DNA of 55,566 nucleotides from an uncultured Candidatus Saccharibacteria bacterium (lineage in GTDB: Bacteria > Patescibacteriota > Saccharimonadia > Saccharimonadales > AWTP1-31). Made by a program: the position numbers and the translations under genes. The notes beneath the pieces were generated by a model that saw only the letters and a list, made by a program, of their open reading frames with translations, was not told the DNA's origin and made no database searches. Below are positions 16,673 through 24,242 of this stretch, piece after piece. Within the stretch, counting starts at the first letter, position 1; each line of letters opens with the position of its first letter. The DNA lies in contig CAJAXB010000073.1 in NCBI GenBank assembly GCA_903946795.1, positions 1 to 55,566 of the forward strand, read 5' to 3'.

Positions 16673-18994
16673 ATGCAAGACACTACAGGACTTTTTCTCG
16701 TCATAGAGGGAACAGATGGCTCAGGCAAGGGAACGCAGTTTAAGATCCTTGCTGACCGACTCAAGCGTGAAGGACATGATGTCGTCACATTCGATTTTCC
16801 ACAGTATGAACACGACTCAAGCTACTTTGTAAAACAATATCTTAATGGTAACTATGGCACTGCTGAAGAAGTTGGACCATATACTGGGTCATTGTTTTAC
16901 GCCTTGGATCGCTACCAAGCATCAAATGCTATTCGACAAGCACTCGCAGAAGGTAAGATCGTTTTAGCCAATAGATTCACGGGATCTAATATGGCACATC
17001 AGGGTACAAAGTTCCAAAACGACGAAGAACGTCGTGGGTACTTTATTTGGCTTGATAACCTCGAATTCATGATGCTCAAGATTCCCAGGCCTCATAAGAA
17101 CATAGTGCTCCGTGTTCCAGCTGAAACCGCTCAAAAACTCGTAGATAACAAAGGGGAGCGCTCATATACTGAGAAGAAGCGAGATATTCATGAAGCTGAC
17201 CTTAGTCACTTGCAAAAATCAGTGCAAGTCTACGATGATCTCTGTCAGCTATTCCCTCGAGACTTCCAAAGAATAGACTGTGTCCGTAGCGGTCAACTCA
17301 TGGATATTGAAACTATAAGTGACCTATTATGGAACACTGTACAGCCCCTTCTGCCACTTATTCCATATAATGGAGAACCACAACTTACGAGCAAACCTAC
17401 AGAAGCTAATCCATATGTGACAAAATCTGATGATGGCCACTATACTATCACTCCACTTGGTAAAGAGTTTCTTGATAAATCAGTGACAAGTAGCACAAAT
17501 AACGTCTATGTGTTTAACGATAACTTAAGCCCGACCATGATCGCGGCAGCAATGGCAAGACTCAGCCGTCGAAGTGATGATATGCGCATTACAATCCTTG
17601 ATGAATTTGCAGGAGCTGCAGGAAAAGACGAAAAGCTACTACAGCGGGTTATTACTGCGTACGGAGACGATTCGGTACAACAGCTTGTCGGACTGCATCT
17701 GGTAGTAGAAAAAGCCTCGAACCTGCTCACGAAAAAACTAGAATGGGGACGACTTGCAGCCTATCTTGAACAGTCTACTCGCTACATATACTTTGACCAG
17801 AAAGATGAGAACGGCAACTATCGATACCATGTTCCTGAACACTTTGACGCAGATCTAAAACTGACATACATGAAAGCTATGGACAGTATTTTTGATAAAT
17901 ACTCGCTCATGGTACGACATTTAACAAAATACATTGCCGACAAATCATCAACACCAGAGTCAGAAAGAGACATTGCTTGGAAAGGCGCAGTCCGAGCTCA
18001 AGCCTGCGACGCAATTCGTCCAGTATTACCCGTGTCGACACAATCTACTGTCGGTATTTATGCATCTGGACAAGCTCTGGAGAGCCTGATTATGCATCTG
18101 TTAAGCGATGAACTTAAGGAAGCGCAAAGTGTTGGCCAGCAACTCTTGGATGAAGCCCGTAAGGTTATACCGACCTTCTTAGAGCGAGCAGATAAACCAG
18201 CTCGCGGCGGCGCTACAATAGCGTACCGTGCAAATACCAGCAAGGCTGTTGAAAAACTATCCCAGGAACTTTTGCCACAGCAATATGGTCAATACGAAGA
18301 GCCAGTCAGACTAAACTACGTGTGGCCACGTAATGAACTCGATCTTGTTCCTGACATGCTGTACGAACACAGTCATTTATCCCTTCAGGAAATAAAACAG
18401 GAAGTAGAAACTTGGGATTACGCTAAAAAATCTTCAGTATTTCAGGCATACATGGGTGAACGACTGAATCGCAGGCACAAACCGGGCCGTGCAATCGAGA
18501 ACGCCCACTATAGCTGGGATCTGGTATGCGACTATGGCATCTTTAGAGATTTACAACGTCACCGCATGGTAGATGATATGGAATGGCAATACCTTACTCC
18601 ACGCTATGGCTATGAGGTGCCAGATCTTGTCGATGAAGCAGAACTTACTGAGCTCTTTGAAGATTGTTTCGACATTAGTCTCAGGCTCCATAGTGTATTG
18701 CAAGCAGCCGGTCATGAACTCGATGCACAGTATGCAACACTTCTTGGTCACCGTATGCGATGGAAGATGACGTATAACGCACGAGAAGCTTTCCATTTTA
18801 ATGAACTCCGTACAAGCCCTCAAGGACACCCAGGATATCGTAAATTAGTTCTACACATGCACGAGAAGCTTGCAGAAGTACACCCAATGCTCGCAGATGC
18901 TATGAAATTCGTAAATAAGGATGAAGACGAAGAACTTACGCGACTTGCGGCAGAAAAGTATACACAGTTCAAACTCGAGCAAATGGAATCATAA
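16673..18994 (+). CDS. tmk-thyX: Fusion protein: thymidylate kinase (aa ~1-225) plus tandem ThyX-like FAD-dependent thymidylate synthase domains (aa ~270-773)
   Basis: Tmk P-loop LVIEGTDGSGKGTQ plus a DRY-type motif (ALDRY). ThyX-like domain 1 has AMARLSRRS and GRLAAYLEQSTRY (a degenerate RHR with S.RY retained). Domain 2 has FRDLQRHRMVD...PRY and the C-terminal AREAFHFNELRTSPQGHPGYR block. Confidence 0.8.
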   Translation: MQDTTGLFLVIEGTDGSGKGTQFKILADRLKREGHDVVTFDFPQYEHDSSYFVKQYLNGNYGTAEEVGPYTGSLFYALDRYQASNAIRQALAEGKIVLANRFTGSNMAHQGTKFQNDEERRGYFIWLDNLEFMMLKIPRPHKNIVLRVPAETAQKLVDNKGERSYTEKKRDIHEADLSHLQKSVQVYDDLCQLFPRDFQRIDCVRSGQLMDIETISDLLWNTVQPLLPLIPYNGEPQLTSKPTEANPYVTKSDDGHYTITPLGKEFLDKSVTSSTNNVYVFNDNLSPTMIAAAMARLSRRSDDMRITILDEFAGAAGKDEKLLQRVITAYGDDSVQQLVGLHLVVEKASNLLTKKLEWGRLAAYLEQSTRYIYFDQKDENGNYRYHVPEHFDADLKLTYMKAMDSIFDKYSLMVRHLTKYIADKSSTPESERDIAWKGAVRAQACDAIRPVLPVSTQSTVGIYASGQALESLIMHLLSDELKEAQSVGQQLLDEARKVIPTFLERADKPARGGATIAYRANTSKAVEKLSQELLPQQYGQYEEPVRLNYVWPRNELDLVPDMLYEHSHLSLQEIKQEVETWDYAKKSSVFQAYMGERLNRRHKPGRAIENAHYSWDLVCDYGIFRDLQRHRMVDDMEWQYLTPRYGYEVPDLVDEAELTELFEDCFDISLRLHSVLQAAGHELDAQYATLLGHRMRWKMTYNAREAFHFNELRTSPQGHPGYRKLVLHMHEKLAEVHPMLADAMKFVNKDEDEELTRLAAEKYTQFKLEQMES

Positions 18995-19002
18995 GACCCA
19001 TC

Positions 19003-19031
19003 TTGCGGCACGAACAAGTCTTTGCTATATA
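19003..19031 (+). promoter_or_regulatory. Sigma-70-type promoter
   Basis: TTGCGG, a 17-nt spacer, then TATATA, starting 9 nt after the tmk-thyX stop. Confidence 0.45.
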
Positions 19032-19037
19032 TAGAGT

Positions 19038-19174
19038 ATGGTAAAAGCACAGTTACAGACTCTCGGACTCCTCCTCGGCCTTCATGGGCTGTGCTTCAGT
19101 TTTGCTGGGGCCAGGACGATATAATCGTCATAGCGCAGCCCGAACGATCTAGGCCTCAGCAACTGAGGTTTTTT
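19038..19174 (+). ncRNA. Candidate structured RNA (attenuating 5' leader or small RNA), class unknown
   Basis: Bounded by the promoter-like element and an intrinsic terminator (cctcag/ctgagg plus T6, 19154-19174). Internal helices are visible by eye: gcacag 19046-19051 with ctgtgc 19089-19094; gacga/tcgtc 19113-19128; GGGC/GCCC 19107-19110 with 19138-19141. The overlapping ORF-track ORF 19022-19207 has no SD. Confidence 0.35.
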
Positions 19175-19193
19175 AATTTTATGGAGAATATAC

Positions 19194-19364
19194 ATGCACG
19201 AACATGATCCAACACAAGGAGTAATTCAGCAAGAGACAGTGTCAGAAGACACCATACGAAAGATTGCCCGCGTAGTTATTCCGTATGCCGGAACGGAGCA
19301 AGCTCATGAAGAGCCACAGATCATACATCAAGTGAGTGAATTTCGAGCAAATTTACCAGCATAA
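19194..19364 (+). CDS. Small hypothetical protein (56 aa), below the ORF-track cutoff
   Basis: The ATG at 19194 is preceded by ggaga at a 7-nt spacing, immediately after the terminator hairpin. Translation: MHEHDPTQGVIQQETVSEDTIRKIARVVIPYAGTEQAHEEPQIIHQVSEFRANLPA. Confidence 0.4.
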   Translation: MHEHDPTQGVIQQETVSEDTIRKIARVVIPYAGTEQAHEEPQIIHQVSEFRANLPA

Positions 19365-19412
19365 GACTCAATTGATAGATGTTAGCTAAAAAACAGCTCA
19401 ACCCTCTTATGC

Positions 19413-19441
19413 TTGACATTTTAGCATAATTAATGTAAAAT
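19413..19441 (+). promoter_or_regulatory. Near-consensus sigma-70 promoter
   Basis: TTGACA, a 17-nt spacer, then TAAAAT. It ends 9 nt before the ATG at 19450, so the mRNA would have a very short leader or none. Confidence 0.6.
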
Positions 19442-19449
19442 AGGCATAT

Positions 19450-20484
19450 ATGAAGTCACAGTTTCAGGGAGCTCAAACTCTCGAATCTTCACAAACGGTT
19501 AAAGAACTAAAGGCAAACTATGATCTTGCTCTTAGTGATGTGCTTACTCCTAGAGATTCCGCACTATCAAACCTAGGTTCTTGGGTCTCAGAATTTGAGA
19601 ATAGCGGCCTTACATTGGTTGATTTTACACGTCAGCATTCTGAACGTGTCTACGAAACTTTGTTTGAAACTTCTCAAGAAATCGGAAGAATTATTTCTTC
19701 AGTTCCAGAAATTTTAGATGGCATAGAGGACTTTTTGCCTGTTGACAGACTGGAATATCATAAAGCACGACGCACTTACTCCAGTCACCCATCTACTACG
19801 TTAAGGATGCTTGATCGCACCTCATCAAGCCGAAGAGCAACTCAGGCAATGCGTGCAGGTCTTGATGATCTCGTATTGATGACTGCACGTAGAACATTTC
19901 GGAGCTATCCTATTTCGACTATTAATAATCTTGAGAGAGATGCTTCAGGGCGCAGAGCAACTCAGGCAATGCGTGCAGGTCTTGATAATCTCGTATTGAT
20001 GACTGCACGTAGAAATTATCCCAAATTTCCTACTCGAACCATTTATGATCTTGAAAGAGATGCTTCAGGGCGCAGAGCGGCTACGAAAATTAAGGAGCAT
20101 TTAGTGACTCCTTATGACGATCCAAGTGCTGAAGACAGTAAAAGTCAAAACCCGTACGAAGAATCTCGAACATCTTATAGTCAGACACAAGAGTCAACGC
20201 GAACGTCACCTGCATACGATGACCTCCTTAGTTCTTTACGTAGACTTGGTGACCGTAGCATTCTTACGACTATAGAAAGCTTTGATCCATCAGAGGTTTC
20301 TAAAGTTGTTGCTACAGTAAAATATCTACGCGATAAGCACCCAGAAATTACCGATAAAGAAATTGCATTGAAATATACTCGATTATCTAATAACGCAGAA
20401 AATACAAGCCCTGAGAGAATGCGTGCAACGCAAATTGTCTTAACGCTCATGGGTAATAAAATTTCTGGAACACTGCCGTTTTAA
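19450..20484 (+). CDS. Hypothetical protein with 40-aa tandem repeats
   Basis: A 344-codon ORF. The central region repeats the unit RRATQAMRAGLD.LVLMTARR....P..TI..LERDASG. No family recognised. Confidence 0.7.
   Translation: MKSQFQGAQTLESSQTVKELKANYDLALSDVLTPRDSALSNLGSWVSEFENSGLTLVDFTRQHSERVYETLFETSQEIGRIISSVPEILDGIEDFLPVDRLEYHKARRTYSSHPSTTLRMLDRTSSSRRATQAMRAGLDDLVLMTARRTFRSYPISTINNLERDASGRRATQAMRAGLDNLVLMTARRNYPKFPTRTIYDLERDASGRRAATKIKEHLVTPYDDPSAEDSKSQNPYEESRTSYSQTQESTRTSPAYDDLLSSLRRLGDRSILTTIESFDPSEVSKVVATVKYLRDKHPEITDKEIALKYTRLSNNAENTSPERMRATQIVLTLMGNKISGTLPF
19831..20080 (+). repeat. 120-bp in-frame tandem repeat, about 2.1 copies plus a degenerate upstream copy
   Basis: 19831-19950 versus 19951-20070. 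The first 64 nt differ at 2 positions, the next ~26 nt diverge, and the last 30 nt differ at 4 positions. A third unit begins at 20071 (cgcagagcgg). Confidence 0.9.
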
Positions 20485-20520
20485 TATAGATTACAAATGA
20501 ATTTAATTTTCTAGGGTATA

Positions 20521-20550
20521 TTGACAAAACAGCGGTAAATACCGTAAAAT
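20521..20550 (+). promoter_or_regulatory. Near-consensus sigma-70 promoter for rplJ-rplL
   Basis: TTGACA, an 18-nt spacer, then TAAAAT. Confidence 0.6.
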
Positions 20551-20556
20551 AAGCCT

Positions 20557-20727
20557 ATCGTTACCAAAGACAGTGGCAGCCATTAGGCTTAATACGCTAC
20601 CGAGGTAGAAACAACTTGTTTCATGCTTTGATCAAATGTCTTTGGATAGTACGTCCAAAGACATTTTGTTTTTAAGCGGTAACGTGTCAAATAGGTCGAT
20701 TTGACTAAAAATCTAAGAGGAGCCAAC
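20557..20727 (+). promoter_or_regulatory. rplJ 5' leader with an intrinsic-terminator attenuator (L10-leader-like)
   Basis: The leader is about 170 nt. A perfect 13-bp hairpin (aaatgtctttgga/tccaaagacattt, 20634-20666) is followed by tgttttt and ends 55 nt upstream of the rplJ ATG. Helices are possible upstream (aagcct 20551-20556 with aggctt 20585-20590). Confidence 0.55.
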
Positions 20728-21252
20728 ATGGCACTAACAAAAGATAAGAAACAAAACGTTGTCGATGAAGTATCTTCACTATTGAATGATTCTAAATTGA
20801 CAGTCGTTGCAGCTTACCAAGGCACAACTGTAAAGGAACTTCAGAAGCTTCGAAGCGAAGCGAAGAACGACGGCACAGTAGTCAAGGTAGTAAAAAACAG
20901 ACTTGTTATTAAGGCTGTTGAAGCCAACGAAACACTAAAGGGAGCTGATGTCAGCGAACTTAAGGGACAGTTGCTTTACGCTTTTAACACGACTGATGAA
21001 GTTGCTCCTGCAAAAGCTATTGCTGCTTTCGCAAAAACTAATCCAACACTTAAGTTCGTAGGTGCTATTAGCGCTGATGGAACATTCATGAGTGCTGAAG
21101 AAGTTACTGCGCTTGCAACACTACCAAGCAAGACTCAACTTATCGCTGGCATTATCAATACGCTCAACGGACCAGTTAATGGTGTAATGAGTGGACTAGC
21201 CGGTAACCTACACGGACTCCTTCAAGCAATTGAAGCGAAAGCCGCTAATTAA
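20728..21252 (+). CDS. rplJ: 50S ribosomal protein L10
   Basis: MALTKDKKQNVVDEVSSLL..SKLTVVAAYQGTTVKELQKLR is typical of L10. The ATG at 20728 follows taagaggag. The ORF-track TTG at 20701 is rejected. Confidence 0.92.
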   Translation: MALTKDKKQNVVDEVSSLLNDSKLTVVAAYQGTTVKELQKLRSEAKNDGTVVKVVKNRLVIKAVEANETLKGADVSELKGQLLYAFNTTDEVAPAKAIAAFAKTNPTLKFVGAISADGTFMSAEEVTALATLPSKTQLIAGIINTLNGPVNGVMSGLAGNLHGLLQAIEAKAAN

Positions 21253-21268
21253 TCGAAAGGAATATTAA

Positions 21269-21643
21269 ATGGCAGATCTCAAAAAATTTGCAGAACAGCT
21301 TGTTAACCTTACTGTTCTAGAAGTAAACGAACTAAGTACAATCCTTAAGGATGAGTACGGCATTGAACCAGCTGCAGCAGCAGTTGCAGTTGCAGGCCCT
21401 GCAGCAGACGCAGCTCCAGCAGCAGAAGAGAAGAGCGAATATGACGTTGTTCTTAAAGACGCTGGTGCACAAAAAGTTGCAGCTATTAAGGCTGTAAAAG
21501 AAATCACTGGACTTGGTCTCGGTGAAGCTAAAGCTATCGTAGATGGCGCTCCAAAGACTGTGCTTGAAAAAGCAAAGAAAGAAGACGCTGAAGCAGCTAA
21601 AAAAGCCCTCGAAGAAGCAGGTGCTACTGTAGAACTCGCGTAA
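21269..21643 (+). CDS. rplL: 50S ribosomal protein L7/L12
   Basis: An N-terminal dimerisation helix and an Ala/Pro hinge. The C-domain reads [32 protein letters not shown]. Confidence 0.95.
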   Translation: MADLKKFAEQLVNLTVLEVNELSTILKDEYGIEPAAAAVAVAGPAADAAPAAEEKSEYDVVLKDAGAQKVAAIKAVKEITGLGLGEAKAIVDGAPKTVLEKAKKEDAEAAKKALEEAGATVELA

Positions 21644-21662
21644 TACGAATCTACACTAATAT

Positions 21663-21696
21663 AAAGAGGCCACTTATGTGGTCTCTTTTAATTTTT
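21663..21696 (+). terminator. Intrinsic terminator after rplL
   Basis: Stem aaagaggccac/gtggtctcttt, loop ttat, T-rich tail. Confidence 0.75.
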
Positions 21697-21740
21697 GGCG
21701 TAAATCAATTTTTGATTATTGTAGGTTATACTAAGTTCAA

Positions 21741-22082
21741 ATGAATACTACTCTTAATTCAGTTGCAGTTATGGTCAGTAAGCTTCCTATCTCAAACTAT
21801 CGAGGATTTTATCTAAAAAAAGGAAAGGTCGTTATTTCTGATGATGAGTTAAGTCTTGTGAGTAGATGGAGCATTGGCGGCGAAAATATATATGGCTTGT
21901 TATATTCCGAAATAGATGGGTATTCAATAACTTTACGTGGATTATGGATTAGACATCATGACAAGTCTGTACCTAAATATGTCTTAGTTCGAAAATCTGG
22001 GCTTCGTAACGGGACTAAGGCCAACGAAGAATTACATATATTAGCCCAGTTCTTGGAAGCTAAAGGCATAAAATCATATTAA
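21741..22082 (+). CDS. Hypothetical protein
   Basis: A 113-codon ORF, AT-richer than the ribosomal genes beside it. No motif recognised. Confidence 0.45.
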   Translation: MNTTLNSVAVMVSKLPISNYRGFYLKKGKVVISDDELSLVSRWSIGGENIYGLLYSEIDGYSITLRGLWIRHHDKSVPKYVLVRKSGLRNGTKANEELHILAQFLEAKGIKSY

Positions 22083-22219
22083 TGCGTTAAGATTTGCATA
22101 ATTGTATAAATATCAAGTTACTTATCCACAGAATTATTATATTATTTTTGACTTAATAAAGCCCACGTGGTATTTTTAGGCGTAAAGGTAGTCAAAAATA
22201 CTACTTCGGAGAGACAAAA

Positions 22220-22729
22220 ATGGCGGAAGTACCAGAGAAACAAATAAAAAGAATGCGTAGCCTCATTCAGGAGGCTGAGACGAGCCTTGCTGCGGCTAAA
22301 GAGCTATTAATTAGTCTTGTTGGCGACGATCCAATGGTACTTACATCTACAAAAGATGAAAGCCTCGGTAAGATAATTGAAGGTGTCTTTGATGGTCAAA
22401 ACATGGTGGGATCAGATGGCAAAATGTACCCAGTACCTGCAAACTATGCAAGTAAATCAAAGCTCGTGCAAGGTGATATTTTAAAACTTACTATTGCAGA
22501 TGACGGCACATTCCTTTACAAGCAAATTGGTCCAATAGCACGACGCCAACTCGTTGGTACTCTCGAGCTTCGTGAAGGCCACTACTTTGTAATTGTTGGC
22601 GACCACTCATACCGCGTACTCCTTGCAAGCGTTACTTACTTTAAAGCAAAACCAGGCGACCAAGTCAGCGTTAACGTTCCAGAAGAAGACCCAAATGCTG
22701 AATGGGCTGCACTTGAAGCTGCTCTCTAA
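22220..22729 (+). CDS. Conserved-looking hypothetical protein
   Basis: A 169-codon ORF with an SD ggagag upstream. An N-terminal helix is followed by a beta-rich domain. No family recognised. Confidence 0.6.
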   Translation: MAEVPEKQIKRMRSLIQEAETSLAAAKELLISLVGDDPMVLTSTKDESLGKIIEGVFDGQNMVGSDGKMYPVPANYASKSKLVQGDILKLTIADDGTFLYKQIGPIARRQLVGTLELREGHYFVIVGDHSYRVLLASVTYFKAKPGDQVSVNVPEEDPNAEWAALEAAL

Positions 22730-22785
22730 TTAGACACATAAATACAACGGTATTTCACACCCTGTTAGGCTATACTATATAGACT

Positions 22786-24240
22786 ATGGGGAGAGCATTG
22801 TATCGTAAGTATCGTCCTCAAACATTGGACGAAATTTTTGGTCAGGAGCATATTACTGACACGCTTCGTAATGCAATCAAAAACAATACCATTAGCCATG
22901 CGTATCTATTGACCGGCCCACGCGGTGTCGGTAAAACGAGTATTGCTCGCATTCTTGCCTATGAACTGAATGCAGTTCCATATGACGAGACCTCTTCATA
23001 TATGGATATTATTGAAATAGATGCTGCGAGTAATCGCCGGATCGATGAGATTCGAGATCTTCGAGATAAAGTGCATGTTCTACCATCTCAACTAAAGTAC
23101 AAGATCTATATCATTGACGAAGTCCATATGTTAACGAAAGAAGCGTTCAATGCACTGCTTAAAACTCTTGAGGAACCGCCAGCCCATGTCGTCTTTATCC
23201 TTGCAACCACTGAAGCCCATAAACTGCCCGATACGATTGTCAGTCGAACACAGCACTTTACTTTCAAGCCTATCGGAAGCGATACGCTTGTAAAACAACT
23301 TGCGACCATTGCAAAAAAAGAAAAGATCAAAATTGACACACCAGCATTAAAACTAATTGCTCAGCATGGCCGTGGTAGCTTCAGGGACAGCATTAGTCTG
23401 CTTGATCAGGTCCAAAGTATTCAGGGTAGCATAGACGGCGTACAAATAGAGAGACTGCTTGGAGTCGTCTCAGACGAAGTGCTAAACAAATTGTTAACAG
23501 CATTGCAAACTGGGAGCCTTAGCGACGTCTCAGGGCTTCTCGATGCCTTACATGACCAAGGAATACAAGGAGCAGATATTGCAAAACAACTAGCGGGTGC
23601 AATTCGTGATCGCATCTACGAAGATCCTACTTTCCAGAGCCTCGCAATGACAGGATTACTTAAAGCTCTTATTGACGTACCAACTAGTTTTAATCCAGAT
23701 AAATACCTTGAGGTCGTATTATTGGAATTTATTTTCCAAGGAAATCCTCAACCACACGTTGCTTCAGCGCCAGCTGCAAAGATAGAGCCTGAAATAAAAG
23801 CACCTACTGCGGCTATAAAAATAGAGTCGCTAAAAACTCCACCAGTCGAGACTCCCAAACCAAAAGCCAAAAAAGTAGAAGAACCAAAAAAGACCGAAAA
23901 AAAAGTTGAGAAATCATCCGAGCATATAGCGTTTAGCGACGAGCTTTGGCCGATCATTGTTGCAGACATTAAAAAAACGAATAACACCATTTACGGTATC
24001 TTACGCATGGCTCAAATGAATTATGAAAATAATACCATTGAGTTACTCTTTAAATTTCCTTTTCATCAGAAACAAATCAACGAACCAAAGAACAAAAAGA
24101 TTATAGAAGATATCGTCAAAAAACATACAGGTCAATCTATTACTATTGTCTGTAGCCTTACCGAAAAACCTAAAGCAGTCAACATTGATGCCATAAGCAA
24201 TATTTTTGAAGGTAGTGAAGTGCTAGAATCAGGTTCATAG
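22786..24240 (+). CDS. dnaX: DNA polymerase III subunit tau/gamma
   Basis: YRPQTLDEIFGQEHI, Walker A GPRGVGKTS, DEVHML, ALLKTLEEPP and SRTQ sensor motifs. A Pro/Ala/Lys-rich linker (aa ~321-378) precedes a C-terminal domain. Confidence 0.95.
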   Translation: MGRALYRKYRPQTLDEIFGQEHITDTLRNAIKNNTISHAYLLTGPRGVGKTSIARILAYELNAVPYDETSSYMDIIEIDAASNRRIDEIRDLRDKVHVLPSQLKYKIYIIDEVHMLTKEAFNALLKTLEEPPAHVVFILATTEAHKLPDTIVSRTQHFTFKPIGSDTLVKQLATIAKKEKIKIDTPALKLIAQHGRGSFRDSISLLDQVQSIQGSIDGVQIERLLGVVSDEVLNKLLTALQTGSLSDVSGLLDALHDQGIQGADIAKQLAGAIRDRIYEDPTFQSLAMTGLLKALIDVPTSFNPDKYLEVVLLEFIFQGNPQPHVASAPAAKIEPEIKAPTAAIKIESLKTPPVETPKPKAKKVEEPKKTEKKVEKSSEHIAFSDELWPIIVADIKKTNNTIYGILRMAQMNYENNTIELLFKFPFHQKQINEPKNKKIIEDIVKKHTGQSITIVCSLTEKPKAVNIDAISNIFEGSEVLESGS

Positions 24241-24242
24241 CC

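Noticed and set aside
19100-19145. Possible SRP RNA (4.5S) domain IV: GGGC-CAGG-hairpin-...AGCGCA-GCCC loosely resembles CAGG...GGAA...AGCA.
   Set aside because: The apical loop is a UAUAA pentaloop, not GNRA. The 3' internal-loop sequence is longer than the conserved AGCA. The 5' and 3' ends of the candidate transcript do not pair into the long hairpin expected. This is left as unknown class pending an Infernal scan.
19022-19207. A 61-codon plus-strand ORF over the structured region.
   Set aside because: It has no SD. It starts inside the -10-like element and reads through a terminator hairpin. The region is better explained as RNA. The SD-preceded ATG at 19194 is in a different frame.
19831-20080. 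Tandem 120-bp repeats considered as a CRISPR-like or minisatellite element.
   Set aside because: The units are contiguous with no spacers, are in frame within a long ORF, and encode a conserved peptide unit. No cas genes are present.
22122-22130. A perfect DnaA box, TTATCCACA, next to an AT-rich stretch upstream of the dnaX region.
   Set aside because: It is a single copy. A given 9-mer is expected about 0.4 times by chance on two strands of a 55-kb window. I found no cluster of boxes and no dnaA or dnaN nearby. It is not called as oriC.
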